A DNA stretch of 20,000 nt from Trichinella spiralis (taxonomy: Eukaryota), in the NCBI RefSeq assembly GCF_000181795.1, contig NW_003526940.1, positions 3,255,696 to 3,275,695 of the forward strand. The letters run 5' to 3'. Below, piece by piece: positions 1 to 12,233 of this stretch. Below the pieces are notes generated by a model that did no database searches, had not been told where the DNA came from, and saw nothing but the letters and a program-made list of their open reading frames with translations. Position 1 is the first letter of the stretch. Each line of letters opens with the position of its first letter. The position numbers and the translations under genes were made by a program.

Positions 1-2
1 AC

Positions 3-54
3 CTTGTTCATATATCTGCGCCTGTCTTTTCAACTGATTCATCCTTGTCACCAT
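3..54 (-). CDS. Possible coding exon of a gene running off the left edge
   Basis: tag-A-ATG GTG ACA AGG...GAA CAA G|GT encodes MVTRMNQLKRQAQIYEQ, followed by a CAAG|GT donor at positions 2-1. No recognisable homology. Confidence 0.3.
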   Translation of the reverse strand, partial: MVTRMNQLKRQAQIYEQ

Positions 55-3046
55 TCTACACAGCTCTATTCACATTCCAAAAAAGAATGTGAATTTAGTG
101 TAATATAAAAAATCACATCTTTTCTTTCGTATTCGGCAAACCATAGCAGAAATATTCATCATTGTCAAGCATTCATTCAAGCAAAATCGTGCTCAGGCCA
201 AATGAAAATCTATCAATCATAAATAAACATATATATATATATATGCATTGCAACTTGCATTGATAGAAATAAACCTAAGAACTATACAACTGTCAGAGTT
301 TTAAATTTCAACATTATAAAGTCAGAGTTGAATTGTAAAGCATCATACATGAAACAATACATGAAATGAAATATATATATATATATATAACACACCTAAT
401 ACACTAGTACAGCAAACGTGGATTGTCGAATAGCAAGCCATCTTCATCTACAATACAAATTTTACAATCATTATCCATGTTAAAATAATTTAATATAAAA
501 AATATCCATGAAAATGTTCACCTAATACAACAATATCATACAAATAATACATGATAGAGCAAAGATTCATATTAGAATCAAATTTATATTGAGCAGATTA
601 TAAACTGAAATCATGAAACAATATTTTCAGACTAAAAATTCAATCAGAAAAAATATTCATATAATTGCAATTTTTCCATTTTAATTTAGTTATATTAGAG
701 ATAAGTTTGTTTTTTATACTGAAAAACAATCAGTAATAAATAGTCCATTCTATATAATAATAAGTTGGAAAACAAACTCATTCATTCATTCATTTTTTCT
801 TTCTTTAATATCATATGAAAGATAACAACGTTGTTGACAAAAGATGCTCAAAAAAACACACCTACCATAATAAGCTGAGTTGGAATAGAACAATTAGATG
901 ATAGTAAAATGATTAATAGGTACAATTTAGTTTTTGAAGCAAATAAATTAAATTTATGTAAAGTAACAGGAGAAAAAAATATTTCAAGCAACTAAATAAT
1001 ATTATTTTTCAATATTTTAAATAAATCTCAACTTTCGATTGAGCTAATCAAAAAAAAAGAAATGCAGCACAATTTTCGTCGTAAATTTCAATTGAAAATT
1101 AATCAATTTAAGAATTAAATGACGCAAAGTAAACAATTTTTTCTTGCTTTTTGTTGGTCATACTTATAATAAAATTCTATTTTTGAATAAACTGACATTA
1201 AACTGTCAAAAGAAATAGCACAACCAAAAAGTGAAATTATGTAAAGCAGTTTCTTAAACTATTTTTTGCTTCAATAAAAAAATGACACATAATTTTTTTT
1301 ATATTTATTGTATAGTTGTTTTGGATGAAAATTTAGATGAAAAAGCTATTTGAGAAATTTATTTTTAATTGATGATTGTAATTATGAAATGGACCAAACT
1401 GAAAATCTGCCCAGTGATCAGTTTGGTGGAAAATTAATATAAATGTTGTGTTAAACAATGAAAAGCATTTTTGACAGATTAATCTAGGCCATGCTCAAGG
1501 GTCGCTTCAGAACAACAAACTGTGGTTCAGAATCATCGTTTACTCAAGGTCCAATCAATCAGGAGCCCGACATTAGACTCACCGAAGAGAAGCGTTTTCA
1601 AGTGACCTTTTTGACCGTTTTCAAAAGTGTTTTCATCAAATGCTGCCAAGAATTGCTACTTTCAATGTGTTGCATTTTTTTACCATCATTCAAACAACTC
1701 GATTAAATGACAAATAAATAAAAGGTCAATTCCAAAAATTAGAAAAATAAATTCATAAATTTAAAAAGTTATTCCTTCTATTCAATTTAAATTTTACCAG
1801 TTCTATACATATATATATACAATATGAACTTTGTAAAAGCAAGTGAATAAAATTAAAAATGCTATTTTTGAATTAATTTAAGCATATTGCAGTAAATGTT
1901 GCATACTTTGCATTTTATTATTATAATCTGTATAAATTTTCATGAAAAACATTTTTCATTTTGTTGATTTTTTGAAAAAAAAGAATTAATCGAACTTTAT
2001 TTTTGAAAATAGTATTCTGAATTTAAAGATACCTTTAATTTTAATGAAATATATGTGCTTTTTTTGATATAATTATTTGTACATGTTATTTGTTTAAATA
2101 ATCTCAAGTTATCAATTAATTATACATACCTACATACATATATATATTTGTACGTATGTATGTGCACATTTATTTATTAAGAAAAAAACTTTATTTTTAG
2201 AATATATTTCCATTAAAGTGCACCATTTTTTAAAGTTGAATTTGAAAAATAAAATAAGCTTAGTATAGTTGTGAGTTTGGTTTGATTTTGAAATTTCGAA
2301 CCAAGCGGAAATGCGGATCACTTGCGGATAGATCATCGTACAGAGACAATGATAGCACAGAGAGAAGCTGGTTAAGAATTTGTCCGGCTTTCTGCGGTCG
2401 CGTTTGTTGTAAAGTTTCCATTGCATTGTTTCGGTCATTGAACATATTGCATGTTACGCTGTTGAAATTCCATTCAATGCTAGCAACAAGCCAGCTTCTG
2501 CTGGAAGCATAAATAAACAGTATTCCAATTTGATTGCTCACATGTAGACAGATGGACGTTGCTTGTGTGAAAAGCAAATGAATATATGGTAAAAATAGGC
2601 ACTAGTAGAGGAGGACGGTGATCGTTTGTTGTTTGACAAATGAAATGCTTTAGCAATGAAAGTTTTCTTCACGTCGCAAAAGAAACTAGCCCAACCTGGG
2701 GCTATTTTGGCTAGCTTGCAAAATTGAGGACGAAAGCCAAGCCGGTCGTACGCCTGTAAGTGAAGATTCGGCGGAATTTTTGACTTTCACTACACGTGAC
2801 TGTTTTGCGGATTCAAATACAACCAAAGCAAATAAGCAGTTTTCGTTTTAAGGATGATGCACCAGGCGGTTGGATCTCGAAGCTGACCTGTCTGTCCCTG
2901 GGGTCGGTGTCAAGTAGCCTGTTTGTGAACTTCGGGTTGAGCAGCTTCAGCTCAGCCTGACACCTCGAAGCTTAAATATTTAAACTCAGAACGTTGAAAA
3001 AAGTTCGTCTACCAAACGTCACTTTATCTTGCCCTGTATCGTCGCA

Positions 3047-5817
3047 ATGAGCCGACCACGCTCATCATTTCTGTTCTTCCACTTCATCAGCATGGTAATT
3101 TTCACTTTTTTATCTGTTGCTTCTATAGTTTTATTTATTTTAAATTATTAATTATTATCACTGTCAACGTTCATTGTTCATTATCCATTTGATGTTTCTT
3201 TTTGTATCACATTGTATGAATTATGTTTTTTTTTGCTTGCAGCTAATCCATGTGATTTGTTCTCAGTTGCTCAGAGGTAATATATTCAAAAGACCGTTTC
3301 CAATATCGCTTATTATTATTATTACGTCATTTACAGATAGAAGTGTAGAATGTAGCAGTGAACAGATTACCGTAGATCTGGACTTTGCACACCCATTCAG
3401 CGGCGTTGTTTTTGCTAACAAATTTTACCAAACACCAGATTGCCGTTGGGAAGGTGACGGCTCGCATCATTTGAAAGTTGTCCTCCAATTGAATCCCAAC
3501 CCGGCTAAACAGCCCTACTGTGGTGTCGAACATACTGAAGTATGTAAATTTAATAACCAACAGTCATATTCATTTAAAGATTTCAAAAAATACGACAATT
3601 CAAGATGATAAAACTATGGTTCATTTATGACAAGTTATAGGTCACCAAAATTGAAATTCCATTAACCAGTTTCACTTTTCAATGCGCTTTTATATTTATT
3701 TCATATTCTCTACATTTCGAGCATTTAAAAATTTTCAAGCATACAAACATCATATTATAATGTTACCAAATATTTTAAACAAAAATTTCTGCTCCTATTG
3801 CTTTATATTTGAAATAAATTTTTGGTTTTTTTATTTACAATAATAATAATAATAATAATAATGCTTGTAATATTAAAATTACTATATTGTAGAATTTTCA
3901 AATGATCACTTTTTTAATTCAGTTCAGTGAAAAAATAAAATGCTTATGAAGAAGCAGAGCTTATTAATAATAAAGTGAATAAAATCAACCTTGACAATCA
4001 AGCAATTGAATGAAATTAAAAACATTTTTTCAATAGTTGCTTTCATTTTTTATTACTTATAAATTTAAATAATTGATCTATAATTGATAACAATAGAGTT
4101 CATTTTTATTTAAGTTCTTATGGAATTATTTTGAATAAATTTTTTGTTTATGGACAAGAAATTGATCAGTTAATTGAAATGTACAATTATTATTCAAGTC
4201 ATAAAATGCAATAAATCAAAAGTTTTTGAAGGTTATTCTTTCATACAGTAATTTTTTTGTAAATTGAAGTTGTAAGATGTATATTTTTATTGTTTATTTG
4301 ACAGCTTAAAACTGCCTGTTTTCCATATAATTAAAATAAATAATTTTTTTCTTTCTTCCAGCATCACTCGCTTGAAATGAATCAAATCACTTTTGAAAAG
4401 CCTTTGACAGCATAAATAACTTGTTATGCTTCCTCAAGTCCTGTTTTTTTTTGAAGAAAATGAACGTCAATTTTCTTTCTTTGCCTTAATATAAATTTCA
4501 CATTTTAAATATAATAAAGATTTTTATGACTTATTTGTTAATATTTTTTTGAAAGAAATCATCATCTAAGATTAGAATGTTTAAGACTGACGGAGAATAT
4601 GGAATAACGCTTGTGCTAAGCCCCATGAGAGATCTACTTGTTGAAGGTATGGAAGGTTTGACTGTTCGTTGTGAATACAATATGGATGACATCACGTTAA
4701 CTTTGCCTTCGGGAATAAATGGACCCGGAATTTTGATTAGGCAATTTTAATTGTAATTTCATTAATTAATGCTATATATTTATTTATTTGTCTATTTACA
4801 GTCCACGCACTTACGCTGATGTAGTGACGGGAAGTGGAGGCGCCCCGCTTTTGAAAATGGTAATCCGTGATGGTCACGGTGTCCAAGGCAGTGTAATTGA
4901 TGCTGTGCACGTTGGACAGCGGATAACGTTGGATGTTATCATGGAAGATACTTGTAAATTCTTTGAAATATTCGAATAGAAGCTTTTTCAATTTACACTT
5001 CTTTTTTTTAGCAATTTATGATTTCTACGTTCACGATTGTTATGCTCACGATGGGATGAATATTCCAGAGGCCAGCATTGGTATTATTGATCAAGATGGG
5101 TAAGTAAATTTTCTATTTTTCCAATTTTTTTTCTAGTATATGAGTTATATTTTAAAATAAACTTTTCAGATGTGCAATACGCTTAAGTCGCGCAGTTGAT
5201 GTACCGACGTTCAGCACAACACAAGCCGGTACAGGTGCAAAACACGTATTCATTCATATGTATGGTTTTCAATTTACAACATCCCAACTGGTGTACATTC
5301 AATGCCAAGTTCGACCTTGCCTGCAAACCTGTAACAGGCCGGTGAGTGATGTTCCTGATGAACCGTCTATGCTAATTGGCAAAAAAAAAGAGAATTGTAA
5401 AAAATATTTTAGCAATGTCAAGTCAACATCAGCAATACGACGTTGCATTTGAGAAAAAAACGTGAAACGATGCCTGAATCATTTGCATTGGCTGAAAATT
5501 ACAATTTGACTGCCGTTATTCGCATTGAACCTCAAAAATTGCAGCCAATCATGCCCTCCAATTCCCAAGAACTGATCCAACCAAACGGTAATTAATACTT
5601 TTGTTGACGTATTTGCATATTGATTATTTATTTTTTAGAAAAAAAAGAACTCTGCGTCGACTTGACTACTGTTATATTAGTATTGATTGTATTTGCCATA
5701 ATTTGTGTTCTGTCACTCTGTATTACCATCTACTTGTGCCACAGAGTGCAAGTACCCTCAAAAGACAAGTTCAGCTATTACACGCCTTCTATTACTTCTA
5801 GCACATATTCGTATTAA
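3047..5817 (+). CDS. ZP-domain (cuticlin-like) membrane-anchored protein, ~401 aa, 9 exons
   Basis: Exons 3047-3094, 3243-3276, 3337-3539, 4586-4740, 4802-4953, 5012-5099, 5170-5341, 5413-5587, 5639-5817 join in frame (intron 4741-4801 needs a GC donor). Product has a signal-like N-terminus (MSRPRSSFLFFHFISMLIHVICS), ZP-N (VECSSEQITVDLDFAHPFSGVVF...CRW...YCG...VRCEY), ZP-C (FYVHDCYAHDG...IIDQDGC...YGFQF...VYIQCQVRPC), an RKKR furin site, a C-terminal TM helix (VILVLIVFAIICVLSLCITIYLC) and a short tail. Confidence 0.9.
3839..3862. repeat. (AAT)8 microsatellite in intron 3 of the + strand ZP gene
   Basis: Seen directly. Confidence 0.9.
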
Positions 5818-6213
5818 AAATATGTAAATAATGAATCAATTGCTAAATAATAAAAGAAAACAAATAAAATATTACAAATTCACATATTCTATTCAAATTA
5901 TGATCAGAATGATTCATTTTTATTTCTTTTACAAAAAAATATTTAAAATTTATTGTTTTTGATAAAATTTACAAAAGAAATTTAAATTTTTATGCAACTT
6001 TTATTTTTTCATCATTTTCATTTCATTCACTTTCTAACTGAATATATATAGACGACATTCATTTTAACATTAACAAACAAACAAATTGATCAATTGATCG
6101 ATTTGAAAAGCTTTCATCAATAATGTTGTAATTTGCTTTGTATTTTCAGTGTATTTTCTAAAAAAATGTGTAAAACTTTTGCAACAAGCATGATTGATAT
6201 TTAAAAATTTCCA

Positions 6214-8158
6214 CTATGCGAAAAGATCCGCACTTTCAGGCAGTTGGACAATCGTTTTCGGTGAAAAATCTTTCCGCTTAACCAAAATCGACTTGGAATT
6301 GACAGTGGAAAGATTTTCACTCTTCGGAATTTCCAAATTGCGTCGAACTTTGGATCTAACATTGATACAAGGTTCCTAAAAAGAATTTTTTGTGTTTTTT
6401 TTCAATTTTTAAAATTAATATTCAAAATCCTATACTGGGTAACTGCAAGTATCGCAGAAATCGACGGTGCAAACAAAATTCACGTCCTCAGATTGTGGAA
6501 AACGAAATGCATTTATATGCATATAATAGACAGTACTGTGCTCTGTTTTTGTTCGCATCATTCGTTCAGAAATAGTTGCTTGTAAAGCACATCTAAATTA
6601 TTGGACATAAAATGACAATAATTTGAAACGATTAAATTTCTCACCCATCCGCGTCAATTAAATCAACTTTATTTGTTTTAGTACCATCGTGTGCATAGCA
6701 GCTATGTACAAACATTTTATAATCTTCTAAAGTGACGTCGTGAAATATGTATGTGAAATAAATTATTCGACAATACTTTTATCCATCAGTGGACCACTGA
6801 TTACTAAAGTTATTGGTTGACCCAAGTCAACCGCTTTACTGACTGGTTTTCCAGAAATTCCTCTGCCTTCCAAAACGCTTACCGTAGTTTCATAACGCGG
6901 CATTTCAGTAGCAGTAGCCTCTCCACTAATTGTCAGTTTTGGAATACTTATTGTCCTAAAAACTTCATTTTTAAAAGTTTTATTTTCTTAAAAATTTTAA
7001 TTAAATTAACTGAACATAAACTTTGTGATCCTGTTGATATTCATTTACAATTGGCTGTCGGATTTCCTGCTGTCCAGGTGATCTTTCATGGCATATGAAT
7101 ACATATCGCCGATCACCAGCAGTCATTTGACTTTTATCCAACTGAACATAAATGTCATTTTCAATGTGTGAAACTTTCTAGAATTAAAAATCAAATCTTA
7201 ATAATCAATATTACACCTATCAAATCAACATATATGTATATAGTGTTCATTTTTCAATTCAGTTCATCGGGTTCAAGAAATGGACTTTTAGTATTAAATA
7301 ATATTTTTTGTAGAATAATTAAGTCATAATTTTTGTTTTATGCTAAACGCAAACAAAATAAACTTACATTTGCTAAATTTTTTTTGATGATTGTTCCACA
7401 GTAAAAGTTTGGAATTTGAAAAAGAATCTGTTGCTCTCCGTAGCTGTTGTAATAAACACATTCTGCGCGGTCGCCGTATCCATTTGAAAATATTTTTCCA
7501 TTAAACGGATTGTGAAAATGGAACTTGGCCAAAATTCCATTTGATGAACACTGAACGCTAACGTCTAAAAACATTTTTTACTACTAATAAAAATTATTAT
7601 CCTGTTTGAATTTGTTAAAATTTACCAACAATATCTGATCTCTGCTGGCTGCTTTCAGAAAATTTTACATCAACTATATGGTTTCTGTACTGACCAATCA
7701 CTCTACCGTTGTTCGCCTGTTTGAACAATTTAGAATTTTATTCATCTTATCAAATAAATATTAAATGAATAAAAAGAATGGATTTATGAATCAATAAACA
7801 AAGAATAAATGATTAAATCCAAAAATACTATATAGCTATTGTCCAAATAAAGTTCAAAAAAAAACATAATAAACACGAGATATTTCTCATTATACATTGC
7901 ATTAATATTTAGAAAAATTAATTTTCATAAAAAAGCCATATGGATTGGTTAAAAATACAACATTCAACTTCACTATATTCTGTAGCATTTATTTATATTT
8001 ATTTATAAATTTACAAATATTAAATTAATAATATGCATGAATCTCTTTTTCAATAATAAAAAAAGGAAAGTTACCAACAAAGAGAATGCTAACAGGCGGC
8101 AAATGTAGGAGATCATAATCGCAGAATTGTAGAACTTCGCACAAGCATACATTGCCAT
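6214..8158 (-). CDS. ZP-domain (cuticlin-like) protein without TM anchor, ~372 aa, 8 exons
   Basis: Exons 8158-8075, 7716-7626, 7564-7368, 7177-7011, 6955-6777, 6726-6645, 6592-6436, 6375-6214 are all GT-AG and in frame. Motifs: VQCSSNGILAKFHFHNPFNGKIFS...ECVY...YCGT, MFVHSCYAHDG...LIDADGC, NAFRFPQSEDVNFVCTVDFC, then RSKVRR and a TAG stop. The first exon/start is the least certain part. Confidence 0.85.
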
Positions 8159-9064
8159 CTATCTAGAAGAAGGAGCAAATAAAATTCAGGTTTTTCTGCA
8201 AGAAAAAATTTGCTTTCAACTGTCAATACTTTCTTTGTAAAATAAAAAAAAAGGTTAACCAATAAACTATTTTAGCTGATTAATTTTTTGATGCCAATAA
8301 AAATTTCTTTGGTAATTTCATAAAAATCAAAGCATTTTATGTATTTATTTCATGATTACATTTGTGCAAAATATTGGATTTACATTTACCTGTAGTAGAA
8401 TAGAATCGAATATCTTTTTTGGGCATTTCTGATATTTTTCTTCTAATTTCTATTTCAAAGATGACAAATCATTCTGTTGTCCATGATGTTGCATGACCTC
8501 TGACGAGGGAAAGGCAATGCTGAAGGACCTCAGGTTTGATTGGTTTGCCTTAAACGACAGAACAAAGCAAGTTGGAAAATCAGTCGAGCAAAATGATTGC
8601 TCCAATTCACAAATCATTCCCTTTGATTACACTGAGCAATTCACATTTAAACATGCTGATATTGAGCACAAAAAAAAGAAAATTTTCTCCCAATTTGACT
8701 TGTAATTTTAAAAAATTTAGTAAAAAATATAAAATATCTTTCAACTGACGCTGAGTTCACTTCTGAAAAAAAACATCTTTCAATTATTATACATTCTGAA
8801 ATAATATCTATGCATGCATGCGTGCATATTATCAATTTCTGCATGTTGATTTTTGTAAACAAGTTTTCATCAAAAGGAATGAAAGCAAACTAGAAGGAAC
8901 AATTATATGCAACCAGTATATTATTTCTCCTCGATTTTGGAAAATTTATTATTAATGTCTTCCAAATAGCGAATACACAACTTCATTATTGTTATATTAC
9001 TAAAATTAACACTGGGAATACATGAAAAGAACTATGCTATCATCAGAGGAGAATTTAAAAACAC

Positions 9065-9094
<30 letters not shown>
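9065..9094. repeat. (AAT)10 microsatellite
   Basis: Seen directly. Confidence 0.9.
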
Positions 9095-9099
<5 letters not shown>

Positions 9100-9250
9100 T
9101 TATTTATCATTATTATTATATATGCATTTTCAGATTGTACTGCATTACACAGCGATGAGATGAAATACATGGCGAATGCAGATGAATTTTTGATTGAGAC
9201 ATTGGGTCACATTACTAATGACATAATTGATTCATAATATTTTAAAATTT

Positions 9251-9274
9251 ATTATTATTATTATTATTATTATT
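9251..9274. repeat. (ATT)8 microsatellite
   Basis: Seen directly. Confidence 0.9.
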
Positions 9275-10158
9275 ATCGCTTATATTATTTAAGTCATTTC
9301 AAACAACTTAAACAAGTCAAAAATCATTTAAATTATATCTAATGTAAATAAATTAAAACTGTTAAAACCAAATTTAAAAAAATACTGCCAAACAAATAAA
9401 GAAGTAAAATCCAACTGAAACTGATATAATAAACTCAACATTTGAATGAAAAAGTTTCTATTAAGATTGGTTTCTTAAACTTGTCTCAAAAATTCAACGA
9501 CTATTAGTATACATAGCAAAGTTAATTAAATGATAAGTTTCTGTTCGTACGTAGCATGCGTACGTACATTCATACGTAGCAATTTATAGTTTGAAATTAT
9601 ATTCAGTCATGTTTTATTTTACATTCAATGTTGTTGTTGCTGAGCTTCTTTCTGCTTTCACTGTTTAAACACCCAGTTTCTCAGTTATAATTAATCTTGT
9701 TTTGTTTAATATAAATATAATCCTTGATAACGCATGAAATGAACTGTTTTCATTTTTTGGTTGTTCAAGTACAGAAAAATGTGTTTTTATAATTTACAAT
9801 GCAAAAGAATCATTAAAAGTGAAACGGAAAGAGCAGTCTAAATTATTTAAACGGATGATTTCATATTATTTAGTTCAGTAATGCCAATAACGTTGTATGT
9901 TGAAGTTCATACACTCATGATACAATGTGCACTAAAAGAAACAAATTTAAATCAAAAATTATAATTAAACAATTGGCTTAATGACTCATTTAATTTCAGA
10001 TATACTGATATTTCAATATTGCTATCGTGTAGATCCATTGTATTACTATACTGATAGCTACAGTATACTCATTTATCATATCATACCTTTTAATCTTGAT
10101 TTACAGTACGCCAAAATAACATTATGTTAGAAGTTTTTGAGGAATTGTTCCTGCTGTA

Positions 10159-12201
10159 ATGTCTTTAATTCCAAAGCCTTCAGGAGAATTGAAATTGAAT
10201 TCTGATCCTGGTCCTTCTAAAAGAGTAAAGCGCGTTGTCTTGGAAGAAGATGAATATTTAAAAAAGCTTGATGAGATAATTCAGAGAGATTTTTTTCCCG
10301 ATATTAATGATTTGAAGCTGAAAAATCAATATATGGATGCATTAGCGGAGCATGATGTTGTGAAAATTAAGGAACTTCAGAAGAAAATGCTTTCACAGAG
10401 GAACAAAACTACAGATACTGAAAGTAATTTACACATTTTTGTTCATTCACTAAAGTACTAAATTATAGATGGATCTTTTAGTTTCCCTTCGTGCTCCTAT
10501 TAAGGTTGATCCATGGGAGCTTGAATGCGAAAGTATTCGTTCTGATATTTCACTTCAAATGCCCACATCTGACAAAAGCAAGTCGACTCTTCCAGGCATG
10601 TTTTCATTTTTTACTTTTTTGTTGCGTACAAAATGGAATATTGTTTAGAAACGAATGATATGAATTTGGACAAATTTTTGGCAAATTTTACAAGCGAAGA
10701 CAACGAATCTTTTGAAGAAATAATGGAAAATCACGATCATAAGTTGCGACAAAAGCACGCTTGGATGTACTTAGCTGAAAAAGAGCACGCTTTGAATTTG
10801 CAGAAATCCATGGCAATTAAAGCTGCTGATGAACAGCTTTTTCTTGAAGCACCTAGTCGACTTGGAGTAGACAACTGGAGTTACAAAGCTATTAACTCTG
10901 TTATGTTCGTTCCTGAAGGTGACTTTCTTTTCCTCATTTTTATAGAGCTTATAGTTAGTTGATCGAGTTCGTCATTTTCAAAATTTATTTTGTTGAAAAT
11001 GGATTGAGTATATCTTCAGTAGGTGGAATTTATTATTAACATTTAGTTCTGTCTTGTTATCGAATTTGAAATGTCATTTTTAAAAAGTTACAAAATGATA
11101 ATCGATTTGCTGATAATTTGATAAAAAACAGATTATTTTTATTTTTGTTTAACGAAAGTTAATGATGAAATTTTGTATTAATTGAAATGTAGATGCGCAG
11201 TGGACTAATGAAGAAAAAATAATCCGGGATAAAATGAAAGAACGGGAAATTGTATATAAAAATACTCGACTAAATGAAAACCCTTGGTCTTCTTCCAATT
11301 CGAAGGAGACATCCTATGCGGCCGACGCACAGTTGACGCACCAAGGCAAAGTCAACGCTCAAGGTGAAGAAATGGATTTTAAAGATCCACGCCAACGTTT
11401 CAGTTTAGTTGTCACGCCATCCCCAATACCAGGTAATTTTTCTTTTCATGCTTTATTATTTTTTTTAATTCGGCAAGTGAGTTTTTCAGGTCTTCGCGAT
11501 TCACCTTTGATGACTTGGGGTGAAATTGAAGGCACGCCATTTTGTTTGGACAGAGGCGAGGTTCCGTTAAGCCCTTTTAAAGGACCCTCATTCAAGGTTT
11601 TCCAGTGAATGAATAAAAGAGAGAACCAAAAAACGCAACTGTGATTTTTTAAATTTTTGGTTAATTTACTTTTAGATTCGAGACACATCCTTGAGGGAAA
11701 AGTTAGCCAAATCAATGGCTGATGCGGTAACGAAAAAGAGCCGTCAAGTGAAACAGGAACCCCAAAATGACGGCAGTGGGACTCCTTGGAGCGGTTTACG
11801 GTCTATTGAGAGGCTGTCAACAGCGGCTCAACGGTTTGCATCTACAAAACTGGGAATTCCAACTTCTTCAGAAAGACCAAACAGTCGTTGCGCAACACCT
11901 TCGCCGTTTTTGTAAAAATTTTCATTTATTCATTTTGACAATTCACTCAACAAACTCGTTGGTTTTAAGCAGTGGCAAGAGTACGCCAATTTCAACAACA
12001 TACCGAAGTAGAGAGCGGCTAATCAAGCGTTTAGTCACACCTAAGGTAAAGCCGAGTCCACTACCGGCAGCGACGGAAACCAAATTGCCGGTGCAGACGT
12101 CTGATTCAAATCAAAGCGACAAGAATTCAAATTCTGAAAGTGAAAACAATATTAAAGATAAAACACAGCCACGCCGACACAGAGCAGCGGATTTTTTCTG
12201 A
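10159..12201 (+). CDS. ess-2: Splicing factor ESS-2 / DGCR14 (Es2) homolog, ~487 aa, 7 exons
   Basis: Exons 10159-10423, 10482-10595, 10649-10918, 11193-11432, 11490-11596, 11676-11911, 11970(or 11973)-12201. Es2-family motifs: VLEEDEYLKKLDEIIQRDFFPD, LDKFLANFTSEDNESFEEIM, WSYKAINSVMFVPE, TPSPIPG..SPLMTWGEIEGTPF, C-terminal RAADFF. Confidence 0.93.
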
Positions 12202-12233
12202 ACAATCATCTCTTTTTCACTTTTCGTTGATGG

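Noticed and set aside
1491..2577. ORFs 1491-1706 (+), 2130-2438 (-), 2260-2577 (-), 2282-2512 (+)
   Set aside because: No recognisable domains and no consistent splice model. They could be UTR exons or regulatory DNA of the left-edge gene, but I cannot support them as CDS.
8493..8862. ORFs 8493-8705 (+) and 8647-8862 (-)
   Set aside because: Short, with no domain or splice support; probably the promoter/5' UTR region of the - strand ZP gene.
9065..9274. (AAT)n...(ATT)n inverted pair resembling transposon TIRs
   Set aside because: Simple microsatellites, common in this AT-rich window; no target-site duplication or internal element features.
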